Translations under genes and position numbers: made by a program
Notes under the pieces: generated by a model
What the model was told of the DNA's origin: nothing
What the model saw: only the letters and a program-made list of their open reading frames with translations
The model's database searches: none
Source: a virus
Lineage: Duplodnaviria > Caudoviricetes
Reading direction: 5' to 3' (one strand)
Virus record (IMG/VR): IMGVR_UViG_3300025668_000008
Coordinates: 1-53,199 of that record
DNA: 53,199 bases
Shown here: piece after piece, positions 30,001-37,500 of the stretch
Numbering within the stretch: position 1 is the first letter of the stretch
Layout: every line of letters starts with the position of its first letter

Positions 30001-33000
30001 AGCATCTTTCTATGATGCTACAGCACTTGGATTTAGTTTATTCCCATTAGAGACAGCAGTCACAGTTGGACAAGAGTTTTATTCAGGAGAATACACATAC
30101 GAAGTAACCTCTCCTGGTACTACAGGAACTACTGTTCCTTCATTTGGACAAGACGGTGTATCTGGTATTACTACAAACAATACAGGTTCTGGATATCCTT
30201 CTAGTACAACTATTGAAAGAGTAGAGTGTGAGGCAATAACCGGGATCGGCACTGGTTTACTCGTAGATATTTCCACCAATGCTTCTGGTTCAATTACATC
30301 TATTGCCCCAAGTGGAAATCTTTCTGGTGATTTATTCCAAATTGGAGATCAATTTACATTAGATAATGATTTTATTAATACTGGTGTGGCAACAATTAGT
30401 ATCGCAGGTGGTGGAGATAATGGATCTTATGGAGATACTGAAACATATGATCTAAATCAATCTTCAACTTCAGGAACTGGTTCAAATATTCAGGTAAGAT
30501 TTAGTAGTGATTCTAGTGGAAATATTACTTCTGTATCTATTCTTCAAAATGGTATTGGATATGAAGTCGGAGAAGTTATTGAATTTGATGGTTCACTATT
30601 TGGTTCTGGTGGTGGTGGTGGTGATGGAGAAGACGGTGAAGGTGGGGAACCAGTAGATGACCCAATTACTATTTTAATTTCGGTCGATACTCTTACTAAT
30701 GGTTCTGGTGCAGCATTTACAGTAAATTCAATTTCTAGTTCTGTCTCTAATGGCACGGCAACAATTTCACATAGTGGATACTTCCCTGCAGGATTCTCCA
30801 TTTTAGTTGATTCTCTTGCAGAATATAATAACATTCAGTTTGATGCTGTAGATGGTGTTGTTACTGCTAAAAAACTCGTAGCATCTCCCGATGGAATTGA
30901 AGTTTCAACAACTTTACTTCTTAATAATAATACAGTTTCAACAACTAGTGGTAATTTAACTCTTAATGCAGAAGCAAATTCACAAGTTATAATTGGTGGA
31001 AGTGGTGCATTGGGATTACCCGTGGGTGACGATTCTAATCGTCCCGGTGGACCAGCACAAGGTTCAGTAAGATATAATACTGATAGAAATCAGTTTGAAG
31101 GTTATAATGGTTCATACTTTGTATCTCTTGGTGGCGTAAGAGATGTTGATGGTAATACTTTTGTTATTGGTGAACAGTTCCCTGGTGCAGATGATAATAA
31201 CATCTGGTTCTATAATGATGGAACTCAGACATTAAGAATTAGTCAAACCGATCTAAATCTTGATACACTCAATAATATTAATTCTAACACATATGGAACT
31301 GCAATTGAATGGGTATCCGAATCTGCAGTAACTCAATATATTGTTGATGATGAAGGAACTAATATTCAACAATATGTATATTTTGGAGACAATGTTTATA
31401 GTGTTGACAATGATGGAACATATGGAACTGTATCTCCATCCCATACAACAGGAAATGCAGTTAATGGTGATGTAACTTTAACCTGGTTAGATTATCGTTA
31501 TGATGATTTAAATGTTAATGTCGATAATATTAACATTAACGTTAATGATAAATTTACACTTAGCACCAATGCTTTAGAAATTTCTTCAAGTGCAACTGAT
31601 GAAATTATCAAAACAGACAGAGATGCCTTAACTTTTGGATTTGAACCAGCATCTTCTGATTCTTATCAACTTCTTAAGTTAACTAATAGTGGTGCTCTGC
31701 AAATTAATAGAGGATTCTCTTCCACTGCAGACAACTATCTGACTGTTCTAGATGCAGGTCTTCAAAAGTTAGAACTTGCAAATACTAAGATCTTCACTCA
31801 AACATCCACCCTAGATGCCTCTAGTGGTAATATTGTTTCTGCAAATATGTTCCCATGGGCAGAAGCATGGTCTGGTAAATTTATGGTTGAGGTTGAAGAA
31901 CAGTTCCCAATTCCAGATGCATATCCAAGAAAGCAATATTCTGAACTTTCTTATCTAGTAAGGGGTAATGGTGAAGATATTTTATATACTGAAAATAGTA
32001 AACTTTATACAGATGTACCTCTCGCAGATATTGAAGCGGATCTTTCTGGCATAAGTGTTCAAGTGAGAGTTACTGAACTTGGAAGTGCTCAAAATACTTT
32101 TATTCCTGTTGCTTCTGAAAGATCTGGAGACCTTATTTCTTCAACTTTCTTTACTCAAAATGTTGCATCAGTTATCGATACTGACGCAGACAGAGTTGTA
32201 ATTTATGCCAATGATGCGACAAATAGATCAGTTGGTGGATTTAGAGTTGGTAATGTATCTCATAATGGAATTATATTTGGCACTCAACTTCCTCTGACTG
32301 CAGGTGGAAATGCAGATTCTGCTTCAATTACATTTGATTCTGCAACCAACAGAATTGTATGGGCAGCAGAAAGCGGTGAATATATTGTTGGTGATGTAGA
32401 TCCTAACAATAGTAACGTTACATTTGGCACTCTTGCATCATTTACATCTGACACTGTTGCAGCATATGATCCAACTTCTACTAGAAGTGGAAGAACATGT
32501 AGAATTCTCTCGGCAAATGGTAAGGTTGTTATCGTATATGAAAAAGATACAGGTGGAGTTTATGGAGTTCTGGGTACAGTAACTGGTGGTAATACAAATA
32601 GTATTACTTGGTCATCACCATTTGAGTTTATTGGTGGAATTGGTCTTCAGGATGCATTCACTGATGGAACTTACGTGTACATTAATTATTCTACTGATAT
32701 AGTTGGTAAGTGGGAAGTTGATACTGGTACTACATTTACTAACACGAATGTAGTTGCTTCTATAGGTGATGGTACTAATGCTCAATGGAACGTTGTTGGA
32801 ACCACTAGAGTTATGAAGATGTATCATAATACTGCAACTTCAGAAATTCAGGCAAGATATTATGATCTTAGCGATCTTTCTGAAGTTGGATTCACAGTTT
32901 CTACTGGAATTGATAGTGAATTCTTTAGCGTAGCAAGCAATAATGCTGATAGTCAATTCTTCTTCACTGCTTCTCTTGATTACTCTTCAGCAAATGATGG

Positions 33001-33313
33001 TGAACAAAACATTCAAGGTGTTATTACTGCAAATGGAGATGATTTAGATTACACTTCTAGATCTAGAACTTATGCCGCACTCGATCAACCAGTCGATAGT
33101 GATGGAACTCTTACAAACACTGGTGATTTAGATGTAATTTTTGTTGGATCTAGAGCAGATGGCAATGGTGATCTTCATGATATCTTCGTAACTTCAGCAT
33201 CAACAACCAGCAATATTTCTGCCAATTCGGATGAAACTGTAAGTTTTGCTTCTGCAATTGAAAACAGAACTACATACAATATTAAGATCGTTTCCCACAC
33301 TGTTAAGAGATAA
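24035..33313 (+). CDS. giant fibre-like virion protein (3092 aa): beta-helix scaffold, LamG domain, GSGY repeats, two cupredoxin-like domains, CBM-like repeats, propeller-like insert
   Basis: N-terminal RIKLKSS..P...L...EVA, pectin-lyase-like GDTIVVEGGTYTE, LamG motifs WHHIAISR/GFIDEVRVSKG, and LPVG....RP......GSVRYNTDRNQFEGY. Confidence 0.85.
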   Translation: MASRIKLKSSTTPNSVPLVSDLSDREVAVNINDRSLFINDSGTIKEVLNADPNDETIVPSMFSSAITDGVGNTWFVTENGTDKATIGSVNPRHGDTTGSNAWGKTTMTAFASLRYVLDNYAQAGDTIVVEGGTYTETFPLTVPVDVSIKGRGIKSVFIQPSVATQDLDAFRILGNANIEDLTVKNFYYNSTNDTGYGFRCASNFSITERRPYVQRVSVLTKGSVTSANDPRGYDQGDAGRGALVDGSVANASTVEASILFNECTFVVPNSIGLYLKNGARCEWLNSFTYYAQIGIFGENPSGGTGLAGTARTRLNLQGDTGNFTAGSVNQIGLIEAGTSQVTGAYTTSGADDNLTMTLTSSSHGLSQGDLVYINTTSGGQTGLTQFRKIVSATTNSFVIDGIFAGLASAGNVNYLKTSGYGIIDENDGTYIYLDGQGEGRIIATDETTGKNVNAIDNVVTSTSQVKLGTSSASFDGTDDRLTVPTDADFNFSTGEYTLEAFVYLNNTSGSKTIFDFRSNSPTEISPVVNIDGSDIRYYVNGVAEITGAAALTATTWHHIAISRTAGVSKLFVDGAQVGSSYTDGNDFPTRGITIGAAFDGNSEINGFIDEVRVSKGTSRYNAGFTPTTVQFLADEFTSLLLHMEGANGASVFADDSIVAQDVRTTAGGTATFITLADYTKFGAELRSISSANVYGLKGVSADGQGVSMRLISHNFGYIGVGKDDNNDTSLVVQSNEVIEQNNGRVFFTSTDQSGDFRVGDLFLVDQEKGTLSFAGGGAGAGAGAGTSFDQLLVSAGADTTTVLPTSIEVGAFTFFGNTISTTSGNINLTPFTGEEINFNQRVNLETFVSGSSRLSLAFDGDQDTGIRKAVDLGDGFFDLVSNGGSVVRVAPGEFRSLTDINISSSIPETVSVGSPGTGYLVGTYTDIPVSGGTGTGLKVDVTVLAFAGTITNEGSGYVPGVYDNLSFTNIQGQNNQTGTGTGGTGTVTVKGIDDGTIVAGSGYTDNSYSDVPLNGGNGSGALATITVEGNGVSEISITNNGDNSYQSGDTLTINTSDLTYVDEEGATQTSGGSGFSYTVPSDLYTVTNVVPSATWSGTGYDIADAVTATVPGGGSGFEFEFNNIQFLSSASIVNEDSETEEPVAGEGYVDGEQLSPGFELLSNDTLSGIGNTVTYSVQVRPKSGGGGNAFWIDLGSGYVEAPALDLNKNTLYKFVFAPDGTYTGTFTEHPFAVSETLDGTLSGGTQYTTLAGDLNGGNGAYIIITATTPALYYYCAQHQGMGNTLVSTDTEYGQNGTIAIGSSTLENFISLSKTGAIGAESAIFEDFVTINGNLSATAGTVNLGATTAQSLTVSGVLSTTGGISTSGNLTIQGDLGTSGRLTVAGSPNDPTTINGSVAFDTDLIQVDSTNNKISVFGPTDPNTIEDYTVEINSTAKVYNHTFLATDAGSIVSIGNDPGPTNIASTFDEKFTVVGDSKFDGRILVSDGTEIAPSITFDTDEKLGLFKSANNEITTVGYNGPIMKTTTQQISFFKPVDLINKAIDQFTVTPGRGYVIGTTNNVIFTGGTGADFTANITVAFTGSITQPGSGYYNETFLDIPVQYISVASGAITVFGTLTPGSGYVDGTYSNVSLTGGTGTLATGDFTISGGSVTSIVINARGSAYSISDNLGVDTANIGGSKLSGSLTVSQAGSGYDDGNYTSIALVNATGTGSGATADLTVSSGSITAATVNVGGGGYTASDTFTVAGSDLYANGTYSFTVTNNGSSNYVISGTDRSTTHSSASNPSLNVDFGDTLSFTVNNTGHPFYLVTQLDPSTNGYSAEYELPATNNGAEVGTVTFDTTLTVPSTIYYVCGNHPAMVGTININSVAYGSGGSLSAATVSTGSGFAIRVNNIGSSGSGSGASARIKTEGGVVTEFNITTPGSGYQIGDVLSVAYSNMQYADDTGTLVTIDPPTTTLEYTVQRLNSVSFIDIVNLGAGYSVLDVLDLPASFYDATALGFSLFPLETAVTVGQEFYSGEYTYEVTSPGTTGTTVPSFGQDGVSGITTNNTGSGYPSSTTIERVECEAITGIGTGLLVDISTNASGSITSIAPSGNLSGDLFQIGDQFTLDNDFINTGVATISIAGGGDNGSYGDTETYDLNQSSTSGTGSNIQVRFSSDSSGNITSVSILQNGIGYEVGEVIEFDGSLFGSGGGGGDGEDGEGGEPVDDPITILISVDTLTNGSGAAFTVNSISSSVSNGTATISHSGYFPAGFSILVDSLAEYNNIQFDAVDGVVTAKKLVASPDGIEVSTTLLLNNNTVSTTSGNLTLNAEANSQVIIGGSGALGLPVGDDSNRPGGPAQGSVRYNTDRNQFEGYNGSYFVSLGGVRDVDGNTFVIGEQFPGADDNNIWFYNDGTQTLRISQTDLNLDTLNNINSNTYGTAIEWVSESAVTQYIVDDEGTNIQQYVYFGDNVYSVDNDGTYGTVSPSHTTGNAVNGDVTLTWLDYRYDDLNVNVDNININVNDKFTLSTNALEISSSATDEIIKTDRDALTFGFEPASSDSYQLLKLTNSGALQINRGFSSTADNYLTVLDAGLQKLELANTKIFTQTSTLDASSGNIVSANMFPWAEAWSGKFMVEVEEQFPIPDAYPRKQYSELSYLVRGNGEDILYTENSKLYTDVPLADIEADLSGISVQVRVTELGSAQNTFIPVASERSGDLISSTFFTQNVASVIDTDADRVVIYANDATNRSVGGFRVGNVSHNGIIFGTQLPLTAGGNADSASITFDSATNRIVWAAESGEYIVGDVDPNNSNVTFGTLASFTSDTVAAYDPTSTRSGRTCRILSANGKVVIVYEKDTGGVYGVLGTVTGGNTNSITWSSPFEFIGGIGLQDAFTDGTYVYINYSTDIVGKWEVDTGTTFTNTNVVASIGDGTNAQWNVVGTTRVMKMYHNTATSEIQARYYDLSDLSEVGFTVSTGIDSEFFSVASNNADSQFFFTASLDYSSANDGEQNIQGVITANGDDLDYTSRSRTYAALDQPVDSDGTLTNTGDLDVIFVGSRADGNGDLHDIFVTSASTTSNISANSDETVSFASAIENRTTYNIKIVSHTVKR
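25380..26000 (+). other. LamG/ConA-like lectin domain in the 3092-aa protein
   Basis: SASFDGTDD...YTLEAFVY...TWHHIAISR...LFVDG...GFIDEVRVSKG..RY...TSLLLH. Boundaries approximate. Confidence 0.8.
27551..27892 (+). other. cupredoxin-like domain 1 (His1229; Cys1275-His1278-Met1281)
   Basis: EHPFAV...LYYYCAQHQGMG; codons at 27719, 27857, 27866 and 27875. Confidence 0.7.
29297..29629 (+). other. cupredoxin-like domain 2 (His1804; Cys1853-His1856-Met1859)
   Basis: NPSLNVDFGDTLSFTV...GHPFYL...GTVTF...YYVCGNHPAMVGTINI; codons at 29444, 29591, 29600 and 29609. Confidence 0.8.
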
Positions 33314-33315
33314 AG

Positions 33316-34086
33316 ATGGCAAAAATTTTAAAGTCATTACAATCTGAGGGTGGTTTCTCCGTAAAAGAAGCTACCGTCATTGATGCTAATCGGGATGTTA
33401 TTGATGTTAACTCAGTTAAACTCACTAATATTCTAAACACCACAGCGTTTAAAAAAGAATACGTTGCATTTGCGACAATTAATGACTCGGTAGGTTCCAC
33501 GTCTTTAGATCCTGCACACTTTATCGAAAAAAATAAAGTATCATTCTCTAGCATCTTTGCTATTGCAACATGGGATGGATATCCAATTGGATTGTATACT
33601 ATTAATGCAAATGAATCTATTGTATCAATATCTCTTGCCGATCATGGTCTAACTACGGGAGATACCATCAATGCTTCGTTTGATGTGTCTGCAGCATCTG
33701 CAAATGGATCATATCCAATTGTAGTTGTTAACAGCGATAACTTCACATTTGATATTGGAACACCGGTTAATGTGACAGATCCAACATTAGGTGATGTTGA
33801 ATTTATAAATTATGGTAGAAAATGGGAATTAGCACTTAAAATTGATACCGCAATTTTAACCGACAATATTACAGATCAGACACTTTCAATTGCAGCAGTA
33901 TCCTCTACTATTGTGAGAGACAATGTTCCACCTGGTCATACTTGGACTTTAGTTCCTAGTGTAAATCAAACAACAAAGGAGTTCTCGTTCCAAGCAACAG
34001 TTTCTTCCAATGGTACTTTAGAGAGTATAGGAACAGGAGTAAGATGGGTTGGAAATATAAGCATAGTACTTACCGAAAGAGATTGA
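33316..34086 (+). CDS. virion structural / fibre connector protein (256 aa)
   Basis: S.GGFSV N-terminal motif and an HGLTTGDTI...NGSYPI...FTF module also seen in gp7 and the fibres; tightly coupled to the upstream gene. Confidence 0.7.
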   Translation: MAKILKSLQSEGGFSVKEATVIDANRDVIDVNSVKLTNILNTTAFKKEYVAFATINDSVGSTSLDPAHFIEKNKVSFSSIFAIATWDGYPIGLYTINANESIVSISLADHGLTTGDTINASFDVSAASANGSYPIVVVNSDNFTFDIGTPVNVTDPTLGDVEFINYGRKWELALKIDTAILTDNITDQTLSIAAVSSTIVRDNVPPGHTWTLVPSVNQTTKEFSFQATVSSNGTLESIGTGVRWVGNISIVLTERD

Positions 34087-34092
34087 TAAATA
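34085..34092 (+). promoter_or_regulatory. late promoter variant GATAAATA
   Basis: One mismatch to consensus, ~21 nt upstream of the ATG at 34114. Confidence 0.65.
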
Positions 34093-34113
34093 AGTTATAT
34101 ACCAAAGATTAAT

Positions 34114-34488
34114 ATGGAACCAGCACAAGAGGGGCATGTATCTTCATCTCGTCCAATGCTTCATGATTTAGAAGCAGAGTATGTAGTAAAAAATGTTACC
34201 AAAGAAGAAGCACAAGCAATATTAGATGATTTGCCTGATAATTATTATGTAATTGATTTATATTATGATGCAAATAAAAAAAGAATGGAATTTATTATTA
34301 TGTTAGATGATGTTGAACCAGTTGAAATTAGTGATCATTATGATTTCATGGAACAAAATCATCCAGAATGTAAGAAAAAATTTGAACAACTACATGATTT
34401 TAGAACCTCGTTTGATGACAAAGAAACGGATGAGTACAATGAAAGTGCTATTGATTTGCTAGCATTAAATAATCGTATCATTCCATAA
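34114..34488 (+). CDS. acidic hypothetical protein (124 aa)
   Basis: Fills the gap between two structural genes and has its own late-promoter motif; D/E-rich and Gly-poor, unlike its neighbours. Confidence 0.75.
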   Translation: MEPAQEGHVSSSRPMLHDLEAEYVVKNVTKEEAQAILDDLPDNYYVIDLYYDANKKRMEFIIMLDDVEPVEISDHYDFMEQNHPECKKKFEQLHDFRTSFDDKETDEYNESAIDLLALNNRIIP

Positions 34489-34496
34489 TAAATCGT

Positions 34497-34504
34497 ACTA
34501 AATA
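34497..34504 (+). promoter_or_regulatory. late promoter variant ACTAAATA
   Basis: TAAATA core followed by an AAGGA RBS-like motif and the ATG at 34528. Confidence 0.7.
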
Positions 34505-34527
34505 AAAAAGAAGGAATTTAGAAGAAC

Positions 34528-37500
34528 ATGGCGTTAGAATTTAATGCTGATAAGGAGATTCTTAAGTCGAATTCTCTTAAGATCAAAAACGATACAAGTT
34601 TGAATTTGAGATTGGGTGGTGGTGCTGATGAAAAATCAGCACTATTCTCTCAATTATCTAACGACGTTGATAAACTCGTTCGTGTTGGTATTAATACAAC
34701 AGCCCCACAATATGAATTGGATGTTGAGGGTCAGATTAGAACGACCACTTCTATTATTTCCGATACTGCAAAAATTAATAATCTTGATATTGACACTATT
34801 GTCAATGCAAAATTAAATTTAAAAGCACCTGTTCTTCAATCATTTGTTGATCCTGAAACTGGCGATACCTTCTTCCCAACTTCTGAAACTCCTGCCTTTG
34901 ATGATGATACTAACAAAGTTGCAACCACAAATTTTGTTTATAACATTGCAACTAATGACGTTGGTGGTCGTGTTTATGTTTCTGAACAAATTGGCAATGA
35001 CGACTTTGATGGTCGTTCTGCTACAAAACCAGTAAGAACTATTAAACGAGGAGCACAGATTGCTGGTACTACTCCTGAGAAGGAGACCCTTATTATTGCA
35101 GGTGGAGATTATTTAGAAGATAATCCAATCTCTATTCCTGATAAGTGTTCGGTTGTTGGCGATAATATTCGTCTCTGCATCATCAGACCGCAGAATCCGA
35201 ACAAGCACATGTTCAAGAATCAGAATGAAAACTATATGATTGGTGTCACATTCCGTGACAAGATCGAAGTAGTTGATGGGTTTGAACAAGCTATTGGTAC
35301 TTGGGATTATGCTTATGTGTTTGACGATAAGCAAAGAATGTATTATGACAAAACACTTGGTGGTCAATATGGAAGACAATTTCCAATTGGTTATCAAATT
35401 TTTGGTGAAGGTATTTTCCGAATTGAGTTTGACCGTGCAAGTATATCTGATCCTGATTTTCAAATAGGTGACGAAATTGTTGGTGTTGCAACTGGTGGTC
35501 GAGCACTTATTACAGAAATTAGTTATGGACTACCCGACAGTTTAAATGTTTCAGAGCAGACGAGTGTAGATAAAGGATTTATCACTGTCGATACTGTAAG
35601 GGGTGCATTAGAACAAGGTGATACATTTAAATATTCTCCAGTTCCTGCTGTAGGTGCAGTTCGTTGGGCACCAGAAACTGCTTATACATTAGGACAACAA
35701 GTATTTACTGATAATACACTTTATGATGTCTCTATTGCGGGTACTTCGGGTCTCAACGAACCATCACACCAATCTGGTGCTGATACTAATGGAACGTTAG
35801 AATTTAGTTTTAATTCTAGTATTCCTCAGTATATATTTACTGCGTCCAATGTTAAATCACTGAGACCAGAAGGTGAAGTTACTGAGCATGTAACTACTCA
35901 TCCAAACTATCTTATTGAAAGTTGCTGGTTTGATAGTGCAGATCCAGATTGGATGTATTTTAGGACACAACAATATCACACATTTGAAGAAGGTCAATGG
36001 GTAGAATTTACAGACCTTCCTAATTCTGGTGCTGGTGGCGATCTCAATAGATTCAACGGTCGTCAATATATCACAAAACGTGTAGAGCAGTTAGACGGTT
36101 TTAGTGATACATTTGCAGTATTTAAAGATACTCCTTCACAATTAGGTTCAGAATCTTCACAATTTTCTTTAACCGTTTTTGGTGCTGTTGTAACATCATC
36201 AGACGATTATGTTAAATTTAGTTTGCTAAACTCACCATTTAAATTTGAAGAATCTGAAAAAGTTGGTTCCAGATTTTTAGATGGTGCAGACCTGATTAGA
36301 AGGAATAAAGAGTTTATTGCAGACGAAGCAGTAATTAGAACTAAAGCAAAATACACTGGTCTACTTATTCCCGACGAAACTCAGTGTAAAACAGACATTA
36401 AGCATTTATTAAATGCTGTACAATATGATCTTTCTAATGGAGGCAATGCAGCAACATTAGAAGCAGCTAATTATTATAAAGAAGGTAACGCTCTTCTGCA
36501 CATTTCTCCTCAATTAGAAGAAACTAGATATGCATTTGAGCAAGCAAGAGAGATGGCAGTTCTTGCCATCAGAAACAGAATTAAGTATTTAAGTGGTTCA
36601 AATTTAACTGCTATCTCAAATACACTCGGTGGTAATATTAATTCAGTTCAGTGGATTAATACTCAATTTGTTGCTGTAGGTGATGGAGGTCTTCTTGCAA
36701 CTTCTCCAGATGGACAAACTTGGACTACACAAACAAATCCACTCCCAGGTGCTTCCTATAAGGATATTGTCTGGAATGGTACGACAACTATTGTTATTGG
36801 TGGTGATGGCGGTACGGGTGTAGTAATTACATCTAACAATGGAACTAATTGGGCAGTTGCAGAATCTACACTTGGAAGTGCTACCGTTGAAACCATTGCA
36901 TGGGATGATAACGAGCAATGGGTAGGGTTTGGTGGAACACAATGGTTCACTTCAAATAATGGGCAAGAATGGACTGCAAACGGATCATTCGTTCCAGTAA
37001 ATGGATCGGGCACTCATAGTATAGTTGATGTAATTTGGGACTACACAAATAGTCAGTTTGTAGCAGTTGGTAGTGGAGGTAGTGTATATACTTCTCCTAA
37101 TGGAACAACTTGGACTGAGAGATCTACTTCATCAACTACATTCTCTGCAATTACATCAAATGAGGATGTATTGATTGCTGCTGCTGGAGATGAAATTTTC
37201 AAATCTACAGATGGGATCAATTGGGAAATTGGAATTGCTGCTCCTCTAGTAGCAGATCGTTATGCAGATGCTGCAGATTTAATTCTTGCGAATCAAGAAA
37301 TTATTGCAGAAATTGCCGTCAACAAGATGTTGGCAAACAATACTGGATTTAATATTCCTTCAGGAAATCAGGCATGTAAAGATGATGTAATTGATTTCTT
37401 AAAATCAATGGTTATTGACCTCCAATATGGTGGTAATGATCAAACTTATGATGCAGCGAATCTTTATGTAACTGGTACTCATGTACAAGGTGAAGAAGAT

